A stretch of 52,848 nucleotides of DNA from Deltaproteobacteria bacterium (GTDB lineage Bacteria; UBA10199; 2-02-FULL-44-16; JAAZCA01), in the NCBI GenBank assembly GCA_018645265.1, contig JABGOS010000079.1:11924-64771 (forward strand). Direction: 5' to 3'. Numbering within the stretch: the stretch's first letter is position 1; every line of letters begins with the position of its first letter. Position numbers and translations under genes: made by a program. The notes beneath the pieces were generated by a model. The model was not told the DNA's origin. It saw only the letters and a program-made list of their open reading frames with translations, and made no database searches. Shown here piece after piece: positions 1-7,504 of the stretch.

Positions 1-127
1 CATCGCTTGAACCCTCAACGCCTTCGAGTGCTACGGGTATGTCGGCTGGAGGTGATGACACCCCTCCACAGCGATAAATTAGTGTGGCCGATAATAGAAT
101 CAGCACTGTAGTAAATAATTTCTTCAT
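1..127 (-). CDS. Partial (runs off window start) lipoprotein, tandem paralog of 155..1312
   Basis: ATG at 127 preceded by GGAG; translates MKKLFTTVLILLSATLIYRCGGVSSPPADIPVALEGVEGSSD; lipoprotein-like signal ending in Cys; nt 1-55 identical to 1183-1237. Confidence 0.85.
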   Translation of the reverse strand, partial: MKKLFTTVLILLSATLIYRCGGVSSPPADIPVALEGVEGSSD

Positions 128-154
128 AATAACTCCCAATCCCTTCAAAATACT

Positions 155-1312
155 CTACTCTAAATCGATATTGCAATAGCCACCTGCTGAGAGTTCACAG
201 ACGGCTGATACACCATTGGTATTACAGGAGGATATATAGGCGCAGTCGTCGGTAAGATAGTCATCGTCGTAGTTGTTGAGTCTTACAAGACAATAGCCAC
301 TTTCAGTATAATTTATACGAAGATATAAATCGCCTAGGCTAGCTATGTATGAGTCTAAAGCGTCGTCGTCAGGTTCGTTATCAAAAGAAAAATCTGAGGT
401 GCCGCTTCCAGCTGAGAGGCAGTCATTCTCTGGTGATGTTGTGGACCATGTGTGATCAGCTAAGAATGAGATAGAGCTGATCTCGATACCGCAATCGCTA
501 GGACAAGCTTCGGCTGTTTCACCTTTTTCATATTCGCATATTCCATCTCCACACACAGCAGTGCTCCTGGTTAGAACTGCAGTACACGTATTCGGACTCG
601 TCATGCTCATCGTGAACTGTTCATCTGTATAGGAACAACCGATTGCGACATCTTCATCTTCAATATCTATTGCGATGGTACAGGTGGTGCTACCAGTCAT
701 TGTCAGTGTGCAGAATTCACAAAAACTGTATATATTTTCAGTAGAGCTTTCAGTGAAGGTGCTGTTAGACATGCATTCCGTGTTGTCACTCGTGTATACA
801 CCGGAAACATCAGGAATCGCTGCCTCGCCAGTAGTTGTAAATGTAAAGCTCACGCCTTCGAAGTTTCCTTCTGCATAGGCATTTCTGATAAAGATCGACC
901 AGCTTGCGGCATATTCGATGCTAGGTGAAACACATGCCGTGTACGATGTTCCTGTGGAGAGGTCGTTTGTGGGATCGAGTGTGCACTCGGTTACGGAATC
1001 ACAGCTTACCGATGATTCAAGCGCATTATCGACATCGCATATCGTATCGTCGTACTCCGCCTTAACCGGTGTGGCGAGGTTGCTGGATGTGGGTGTAGGT
1101 ACGATGAAGAAGGTCGAAGTATTTACGGTCGATGCAGTTACAGCTTGATCGAATTCATATGAGAATGAACTGTTTACTGCGACATCGCTTGAACCCTCAA
1201 CGCCTTCGAGTGCTACGGGTATGTCGGCTGGAGGTGAGGAGGCGGCGCCCCCACAATTGTAAGCGGATACGACCGCTAGCGACATAATCAGTATAATAAG
1301 AAAATTTTTCAT
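155..1312 (-). CDS. Cys-rich acidic surface lipoprotein with Ig-like (Big_5/SbsA-type) domain and a CGDG cysteine-rich repeat
   Basis: Signal peptide ending AYNC; Ig-like pattern DV..NS.F...FD..V...TV...FTFTT; CGDGICEYEKGETAEACPSDC motif. Confidence 0.7.
   Translation of the reverse strand: MKNFLIILIMSLAVVSAYNCGGAASSPPADIPVALEGVEGSSDVAVNSSFSYEFDQAVTASTVNTSTFFIVPTPTSSNLATPVKAEYDDTICDVDNALESSVSCDSVTECTLDPTNDLSTGTSYTACVSPSIEYAASWSIFIRNAYAEGNFEGVSFTFTTTGEAAIPDVSGVYTSDNTECMSNSTFTESSTENIYSFCEFCTLTMTGSTTCTIAIDIEDEDVAIGCSYTDEQFTMSMTSPNTCTAVLTRSTAVCGDGICEYEKGETAEACPSDCGIEISSISFLADHTWSTTSPENDCLSAGSGTSDFSFDNEPDDDALDSYIASLGDLYLRINYTESGYCLVRLNNYDDDYLTDDCAYISSCNTNGVSAVCELSAGGYCNIDLE
1183..1237. repeat. 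55-bp exact direct repeat shared with 1-55 (paralogous lipoprotein genes)
   Basis: catcgcttgaaccctcaacg...ggctggaggtga occurs at 1-55 and 1183-1237. Confidence 0.95.
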
Positions 1313-1395
1313 GCCCCCCCCTCCCGATCATTGCAGATGGTATTCTTCTACTCTTTTGCAAGATTTGTTCCTTTTTTAAATGTGGCTACTGCATG

Positions 1396-1408
1396 CAACT
1401 GGTTGATA
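1396..1408. promoter_or_regulatory. IHF-consensus site
   Basis: CAACTGGTTGATA matches the reverse complement of WATCAANNNNTTR exactly; intergenic. Confidence 0.4.
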
Positions 1409-1665
1409 TTTAAGAACTATTCTACAAACCCCTAACGGGGGGTTCATCATCAGGTAATAATTCACCCAGGATTACGGTGGAAAAACGTAACCTATTAATA
1501 TTATTAGTAATATAGGTGACGCCCCCGTCAGTCTTTTGGCGGAAGTGATAGGGTGTAATGTATTGATTGTTAGGGCGGTTTTCCCTTGATATTCCAGGAT
1601 CAACTTGGCAGATTACCGCCTCCAAAATCATACGTATAATTTCGCTGCAATGTATGATTTCTGAT

Positions 1666-1738
1666 GGGCGCTTAGCTCAGCTGGAAGAGCATCGCCTTTA
1701 CACGGCGGGGGTCACAGGTTCGAGCCCTGTAGCGCCCA
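1666..1738 (+). tRNA. tRNA-Val(TAC)
   Basis: GGGCGCT/AGCGCCC acceptor stem, AGCTCAG D-arm, anticodon loop TTTACAC, GGTTCGAGCC T-arm; CCA not encoded. Confidence 0.96.
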
Positions 1739-1817
1739 CAAAATAGTTGGAAAAGGGCTTGATCTTAGGTAGCTTAAGCCTTATATCCAGCCATCAAAAT
1801 TTGGGAGTGAGTCCAGC

Positions 1818-1896
1818 GGGGCCGTAGTTCAGTTGGTTAGAACGCCTGCCTGTCACGCAGGAGGCCGTCCCGCCAGTTGGGCGGGAAGTCTCGTCG
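1818..1896 (+). pseudogene. Pseudo-tRNA-Asp: T-arm segment replaced by a palindrome, 3' acceptor strand truncated
   Basis: 1818-1867 identical to the first 50 nt of the tRNA-Asp at 1931; CGAGTTCG replaced by TCCCGCCAGTTGGGCGGGA; AGTCTCGTCG resumes, GCCCCG absent. Confidence 0.9.
1868..1886. repeat. REP-like GC-rich palindrome TCCCGCC-AGTTG-GGCGGGA
   Basis: Perfect 7-bp inverted repeat with 5-nt loop inside the pseudo-tRNA. Confidence 0.85.
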
Positions 1897-1930
1897 ATGG
1901 ATGTTTGAAAATTTAGTTTAGCAGTTCAGC

Positions 1931-2004
1931 GGGGCCGTAGTTCAGTTGGTTAGAACGCCTGCCTGTCACGCAGGAGGCCGCGAGTTCGAGTCTCGTCGGC
2001 CCCG
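1931..2004 (+). tRNA. tRNA-Asp(GTC)
   Basis: GGGGCCG/CGGCCCC acceptor stem, CCTGC-CTGTCAC-GCAGG anticodon arm, GCGAG-TTCGAGT-CTCGT T-arm. Confidence 0.96.
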
Positions 2005-2031
2005 CTGAATTGCCGAGCTATCCATTCTGAG

Positions 2032-2310
2032 ATGTCAAAATATTATACCTACATTATCTATAGTGAAAGACTCGACAAATTCTATACGGGTTCCACGACA
2101 AGTCTTAAATGGCGTCTTGAGCGACACAATCAGGGGTGGTCACGTTCGACTAAAGGCGGTATACCCTGGAAAGTTGTTTACAGTGAGACATTTAGCAATA
2201 AGCCCGATGCAATACTGAGGGAGCTATATATCAAGAAGCGTAAAAGCAGAGAATTTATTAAAAGGCTAATATCTCAAAGGGAAAATCAACTAATCCATTG
2301 CGAGGGGTAA
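2032..2310 (+). CDS. Small stand-alone GIY-YIG nuclease (UPF0213/SLX1-like)
   Basis: YTYIIYS...FYTGST...RLERHN...STK..PW.VVYSE.F....A..RE..IK signature. Confidence 0.9.
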   Translation: MSKYYTYIIYSERLDKFYTGSTTSLKWRLERHNQGWSRSTKGGIPWKVVYSETFSNKPDAILRELYIKKRKSREFIKRLISQRENQLIHCEG

Positions 2311-3156
2311 ATGTCAGATCTATCCATTATTGAGGCAGTTGTTCTAGGTGCCCTTCAGGGTGCGACGGAATTTCTACCGGTTTCCAGTTCTGGTCATCTC
2401 GTAATCGCACAGGATCTTTTGGGCGTTCAGCTTGAAGGCGCGAGCCTTCTCGCTTTCGATGTTTGTCTTCACTTTGGAACGCTTGCCGCAGTAATTGCGG
2501 TTTTCTGGCGGGATATAATTCAAATCGTATTTGGTTTTTTTGGAAAGCGCTACGGAAGTTTCGCATCGGCCGACGTTCAATCGCCGTCGGAGTCTAGAAA
2601 GCTCGGTTGGATGTTGATCCTTGGAACTATCCCAGCTGTTATAGCCGTATTGTTGTTTGGCGACTTCTTCGAATCTTTGGTTTCAGATCCGTTGGCAGCG
2701 GCTTTTATGCTCCTGGTTACAGGAACCATTCTGTGGCTTACGCGTTTTTCAAAGGTGAGTAGAACGAATTCCGGACTCGGTTGGTTGAAAACTATTGTGA
2801 TAGGATGTGCACAGGCCGCAGCGATTGTTCCTGGTATATCACGTTCAGGTTCTACTATATCGGCGGGACTCTTCTTCGGAATTGATAGGTCGCTCGCCGC
2901 GAAATTTTCATTCCTGCTCGCTGTTCCCGCTATTCTAGGTGCTACTGTTTTACAGTTGGGTGAACTGTCGGCACTCTCAAGTGACATACTTTTATCTGTA
3001 GCATTAGGAACTTTGGTCGCTGCTATAGTGGGTTTTATATGTATAAAGTGGTTGCTCGCACTAATAAAAAGAGGACGTTTTTCCATCTTTGCATATTATT
3101 GCTGGGCGGCTGGACTGGCCACTATTGTTTACAAACTCTTCATTCATAACTCTTAA
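2311..3156 (+). CDS. uppP: Undecaprenyl-diphosphate phosphatase
   Basis: QGATEFLPVSSSGHL and PGISRSGSTI motifs; polytopic membrane protein. Confidence 0.96.
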   Translation: MSDLSIIEAVVLGALQGATEFLPVSSSGHLVIAQDLLGVQLEGASLLAFDVCLHFGTLAAVIAVFWRDIIQIVFGFFGKRYGSFASADVQSPSESRKLGWMLILGTIPAVIAVLLFGDFFESLVSDPLAAAFMLLVTGTILWLTRFSKVSRTNSGLGWLKTIVIGCAQAAAIVPGISRSGSTISAGLFFGIDRSLAAKFSFLLAVPAILGATVLQLGELSALSSDILLSVALGTLVAAIVGFICIKWLLALIKRGRFSIFAYYCWAAGLATIVYKLFIHNS

Positions 3157-3162
3157 TTTATT

Positions 3163-4098
3163 ATGTCGATTTCAAAGATACGTATCTGGTTTCGCGCTAT
3201 TCGTCCGTTTGCCTATCCGGCGTCCATAGTTCCGGTGATGCTCGGCATAACAGTAGCTTGGTCTGAGGGATTCACTCTAAATTATCGGATGGCTATTTTG
3301 ACTATTATTGGAACGCTGTTTGCTCACACCGGCGGCAATTTAATCTCCGATTACTTTGATTTTAAACGCGGGATCGATCGTGACGGCGCGCTCGGTGGCA
3401 GTGGAGTTCTTCTGGAAAAGCTCCTTTCACCTCGCGATATATTGATAGCTTCAGCAGTCTCATTTTTTATCGCTGGAGTTGTAGCTCATTATATCATCCT
3501 GCAAATTGGCATAAAATTAGTGTGGCTCGTTGCTGGAGGATTTATAGCTGGGCTCTTATATTCGGTGCCGCCGTTTGGCTTCAAGTACGGTGCTCTGGGG
3601 GAGCTTCTCGTATTTGTTACGTTCGGCGTCGGCATTACCGTTGGATCATACGTAGTGCAAGCAGGAGGATATTCGTTATTGCCAGTTTGGTATTCAATTC
3701 CGTTTGGACTTTTGGTTGCAGCGATACTTCACGTGAATAACATCAGGGATGTTGAAACAGATGTGCAGGTTGGGGTGACAACGTTGGCGGGAATGATAGG
3801 GCCCGATCGCTCTAGAATTATTTATGCCGGATTTGTCATATTTGCTTATGTGTCGCTTCTCTTCTTCATAATTTCCGGAAAGATTGTAGTTGGTTCAATT
3901 GCTGCCATCTTCACATTGCCGATGGCGATCGGCTTAGTGCTCAAAGTGTGGCAGGAACCTCATCTCAGCGGTGAAGAATGTCTATTGATGGATGCAAAGA
4001 CTGCGAAGCTTGCGCTTCTATTCGGTTTATTTATGATAGTTGGAATCGTTGTATGGGAGTACCTATTTTTTAGATCTCCAATTCTTGAGTCTCTCTGA
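3163..4098 (+). CDS. menA: 1,4-dihydroxy-2-naphthoate polyprenyltransferase (UbiA family)
   Basis: IRP..YPAS..PV, N...DYFDFKRGID and NNIRDVETD...G..TLA motifs. Confidence 0.85.
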   Translation: MSISKIRIWFRAIRPFAYPASIVPVMLGITVAWSEGFTLNYRMAILTIIGTLFAHTGGNLISDYFDFKRGIDRDGALGGSGVLLEKLLSPRDILIASAVSFFIAGVVAHYIILQIGIKLVWLVAGGFIAGLLYSVPPFGFKYGALGELLVFVTFGVGITVGSYVVQAGGYSLLPVWYSIPFGLLVAAILHVNNIRDVETDVQVGVTTLAGMIGPDRSRIIYAGFVIFAYVSLLFFIISGKIVVGSIAAIFTLPMAIGLVLKVWQEPHLSGEECLLMDAKTAKLALLFGLFMIVGIVVWEYLFFRSPILESL

Positions 4099-5370
4099 TA
4101 TTATTTTTTCATAACCATTCTCGGTAGGACGATAGTATCTCTTACCTTTGAGTCTGTCGGGAAGGTAGACTTCATCGGGCACAAAATGTCCTTCAAAGTC
4201 GTGAGCGTATTTGTAGTCCTTTCCGTAATCCAATTCCTTCATGAGTTTTGTAGGTGCGTTTCTAATATGTTTAGGAGTAGGGAGCGTTCCCTGCTCATGA
4301 ATATCATGTAGGGCCCTCTTATATGATGCGTAGCTGGCATTACTCTTCGGCGCACTTGCGAGATAGGTCGCACATTGTGCAAGTGGAATCCAACCTTCAG
4401 GCATTCCCACGAAATCATACGATTGCATGCACGATATCGCTACTTGCACAGCGTGTGGATCAGCGTTTCCGACATCCTCACTTGCGAAGATCACCATGCG
4501 ACGTGCGACAAACAGGGGGTCCTCACCAGCGTCGAGCATTCTTGCGAGATAGTAGACAGCTGCGTCCGGATCGGAGCCGCGCATACTCTTTATAAAAGCA
4601 CTTATAACATTATAATGTTCTTCGCCCTTCTTATCGTAAAGGAGGCTCTTCTTCTGGATGGCATCTTCGATCGTCTTGATGGTGCTTTTCTTTTTAGGTC
4701 TGCTTCTTCGCCCTAAGTCGGCAGCAATTTCCAAGGTATTTAAAGCGCGTCTTGCGTCGCCATCGGCGGAGGAGGCGATGAAGTTCAGCGCTTCATCGTC
4801 GATTTTAAATTTCTCCTTACCGAAACCACGTCCCGGTTCCTCAAGGGCTCGTTGTATTAGATTTTTGATCTCACTCTCTTCAATTCTTTCCAGGACGTAG
4901 ACTTTTGTGCGGGATAGCAGTGGGCTGATAATCTCGAAAGATGGATTCTCCGTGGTTGAACCGATGAGCGTGATAGTTCCATCCTCCACGTGGGGGAGGA
5001 GTGCGTCCTGCTGCGCCTTATTCCAGCGATGGATCTCATCTATGAAGAGAATACTCAGGCGGGCGCCGGAATTTCTGTCCGCTCTAGCCTTTTTTATAAT
5101 CTCCCTGAGATCGCCTACGCCCGATAGAACCGCCGACAGGTGATGAAAGTTTGCCTTAGTGGTGCCTGCTACTATTCGTGCTAGGGTAGTCTTGCCGGTT
5201 CCGGGTGGTCCCCAAAAAATAATTGATGGAACAGAATCCGCTTCGATGAGTGCTGTGAGGGGTTTCCCTTTGCCCACTAAATGCTTCTGTCCCACAATTT
5301 CTGCGAGTATTTTTGGGCGCATGCGTTCAGCTAGGGGCTTCTTTGCCAAATTTTCGAATAGCTCTGTCAT
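4063..5370 (-). CDS. rarA: Replication-associated recombination protein A (MgsA/RarA)
   Basis: PLAERMRP, GPPGTGKTT, DEIHRWNKAQQD, HYNVISAFIKSMRGSDPDAA. Confidence 0.96.
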   Translation of the reverse strand: MTELFENLAKKPLAERMRPKILAEIVGQKHLVGKGKPLTALIEADSVPSIIFWGPPGTGKTTLARIVAGTTKANFHHLSAVLSGVGDLREIIKKARADRNSGARLSILFIDEIHRWNKAQQDALLPHVEDGTITLIGSTTENPSFEIISPLLSRTKVYVLERIEESEIKNLIQRALEEPGRGFGKEKFKIDDEALNFIASSADGDARRALNTLEIAADLGRRSRPKKKSTIKTIEDAIQKKSLLYDKKGEEHYNVISAFIKSMRGSDPDAAVYYLARMLDAGEDPLFVARRMVIFASEDVGNADPHAVQVAISCMQSYDFVGMPEGWIPLAQCATYLASAPKSNASYASYKRALHDIHEQGTLPTPKHIRNAPTKLMKELDYGKDYKYAHDFEGHFVPDEVYLPDRLKGKRYYRPTENGYEKIISERLKNWRSKK

Positions 5371-5484
5371 AGTAATGATGACAACTAATCACGATACACG
5401 TTTACATTACAAGTGTTAAACGAGGGGGCGTTGTTGGGTGTCTATCTACATGTAAGCCGTTAATATATAGCTGTGTATTCTGAA

Positions 5485-5504
5485 GTGTATACCCCGGTAT
5501 ACGG
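5485..5504. promoter_or_regulatory. Palindromic operator-like site GTATACC-CC-GGTATAC
   Basis: AAGTGTATACCCCGGTATAC (5483-5502) matches AAGTGTATACCATGGTATAC (32635-32654) at 18 of 20 nt. Confidence 0.6.
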
Positions 5505-5600
5505 ATTTAGTTAATATCGCTTCACTTTTTATCCTCCGAGACGATTCTATGCCACAAGATTATGAAGGTGGCCTCATTCAATAGATAGTAATTTCGGAGG

Positions 5601-6533
5601 ATGGTTATGAGTATAACATGCGGATCACAGATGGTAGCCGGTTTAACGGTGCCACGAATTCCACTGGTTTTGATTGAAGGTGGAACTTATCAACTTGGAA
5701 GGTGTAGTAGTATAGCTTTGTCAACTTTTCGAATGGCTATTACTCCTACAACGAATGCGCAGTATTCATCTGTTGTGCAACAGCTTGGCACGGCACGCTA
5801 CTTCATGGAAACGACCGATCCCGTAAATGGCAGATCGTTCGTAGTGGCAAGGGGTGATGATCCGGAGGAGATAAGAAACGCAGATGAGCTGGAAGTTCAG
5901 GGGTGGTTTCGCGAAGCTGGATATCCCGACTTGGCGGATGATCACGATGGACGGGGTGCGCTAAATGTAATTTCTGTTGGGGAGTTCGATCCAAAGACGG
6001 GCTTTGACACGCGCGGGCAACCCGCCGTGGAGGTTACGTGGTATGGAGCTCTTATTTTCGCAGAAATGATGAGGCTGGTAACTGGTAATGATTATGCTCT
6101 GCCTACGGAATATCAGTGGGGATGGGCTGCGAAGGATGGCAATGCTGGTTTGGGTTATGCTACAGACACGGGTCAGCTAAGTCCGAAATCGGCTCATTAC
6201 GATCACGACTATCCTGAGGAAGCAGACCCAAACGTTCCCGCAATAACTACGGTTCATGTTTATGATCCCCGTTATCCTGAGATGGGGAATGGACTTCGTC
6301 ATATGACCGGTAATGTGTGGGAGTGGACGAGTACGTGGGATGGTAAATTACCTAAAGGCCTACTTGAGGATCCTGTCGGTCCAAAGGCCGGTTCTTGGAA
6401 AAGTCATTGCGGTGGATCCTGGAGGGAGTTCATGTCTGACTCACTTAATTCCAGTGCGTTGCATCACGCTTTGCAAACTTACAGCTCCAGTGATCTTGGT
6501 TTTCGTCTCGTGATTAATGGGGGTGGGGTATGA
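5601..6533 (+). CDS. Formylglycine-generating-enzyme (FGE/SUMF1) fold protein, no signal peptide
   Basis: P.TNAQY, QPAVEVTWY.A..F, LPTEYQW.WAA, GLRHMTGNVWEWT, GGSW, DLGFRL. Confidence 0.88.
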   Translation: MVMSITCGSQMVAGLTVPRIPLVLIEGGTYQLGRCSSIALSTFRMAITPTTNAQYSSVVQQLGTARYFMETTDPVNGRSFVVARGDDPEEIRNADELEVQGWFREAGYPDLADDHDGRGALNVISVGEFDPKTGFDTRGQPAVEVTWYGALIFAEMMRLVTGNDYALPTEYQWGWAAKDGNAGLGYATDTGQLSPKSAHYDHDYPEEADPNVPAITTVHVYDPRYPEMGNGLRHMTGNVWEWTSTWDGKLPKGLLEDPVGPKAGSWKSHCGGSWREFMSDSLNSSALHHALQTYSSSDLGFRLVINGGGV

Positions 6534-7459
6534 GTATAGCATATGGGGCAAAAATGGTGGTGGGTTTAACGGCACCTGTGATTCCAATGGTTCCTATAGA
6601 AGCTGGAAGATATCAAATGGGCGCTGGTGGCGGCATGCATTCCATCTCCAGTTTTCAGATGGGGGTGCACCCGGTGACGAACGGGGAGTATGGCCATGTT
6701 GTGAATCAGCTTGGTGCGGAAAGATATTTTGCAATTGCGACCGATCCCAGAAGTCATCGACCTGTCTTGGGTGCAAGGGGAGATGAGGGTATATTTGATA
6801 TTGCCTCACACGAATTACTGAGTGCAATATACTATATGGGTAGTTCTGTTAGCGTTAGTGACTTGCCAAGGTTCGCAGGCAGTATACAATTTGTAAAATT
6901 AGAAGAACGCCACTTGGTTGGCCTGGAGAGGTTCTATGGACCTAAACAACCTGTGGTCGATGTCGCCTGGTTTGAAGCGGTTATATTTGCAGAGATCATG
7001 AGGATGATAACTGGAATCGACTATCGTTTACCAACCGAAAAAGAGTGGGAGTGGGCAGCGAGGGGTGGTGATCTTGCTTTGGAATATGGAACGAGCACAG
7101 GTCGGATTGATCGAAGTATGGCTCATTACTGCCGTGGTGGTGATGTAAATAATACTATTGATGTTGATGATGCCCGTTATCCTTCAATGCCAAGTGGACT
7201 TCGTCACATGGCCGGGAACGTGCGTGAGTGGACGTTAAACTGGTATGCGGATGATCCAAGCGAATCTCCCATCTATTTGTTCGATTCTGGAAGAAGTGTG
7301 GGTAAGGTGACACGCGGAGGAAGCTGGATGGATGACACCACTTCCTCCTTGAGTGTAGAAAACAGATATCACCATCGTGTTGATGGATATGGTATGGATC
7401 TTGGTTTTAGACTTATGGCACTTACTCCTTTTGGGGATAACCAGCGAATCACCCCATAA
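6530..7459 (+). CDS. FGE/SUMF1-fold protein, tandem paralog of 5601..6533
   Basis: PVTNGEY, QPVVDVAW, RLPTEKEWEWAARGG, GLRHMAGNVREWT, RGGSW, DLGFRL; ATGA overlap with upstream gene. Confidence 0.9.
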   Translation: MSIAYGAKMVVGLTAPVIPMVPIEAGRYQMGAGGGMHSISSFQMGVHPVTNGEYGHVVNQLGAERYFAIATDPRSHRPVLGARGDEGIFDIASHELLSAIYYMGSSVSVSDLPRFAGSIQFVKLEERHLVGLERFYGPKQPVVDVAWFEAVIFAEIMRMITGIDYRLPTEKEWEWAARGGDLALEYGTSTGRIDRSMAHYCRGGDVNNTIDVDDARYPSMPSGLRHMAGNVREWTLNWYADDPSESPIYLFDSGRSVGKVTRGGSWMDDTTSSLSVENRYHHRVDGYGMDLGFRLMALTPFGDNQRITP

Positions 7460-7504
7460 ATTGAACCTATTGCATAGCCCTCCTCCCCATGATAAGCAGC
7501 TTCA

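Noticed and set aside
87-94. GCCGATAA exact sigma28 -10 on + strand
   Set aside because: Inside a CDS, antisense, no GCAAC upstream and no downstream + strand gene
1422-1631. 69-aa minus-strand ORF
   Set aside because: No recognisable motif or RBS; overlaps the likely tRNA promoter (TATAAT 1635-1640)
1818-2004. tRNA duplication as prophage/ICE attL-attR
   Set aside because: Copies are only 113 bp apart, the duplicated part is mainly the 5' portion, and there is no integrase in the window
5601-7459. Complete diversity-generating retroelement
   Set aside because: No reverse transcriptase, Avd or near-identical TR/VR pair seen in the window
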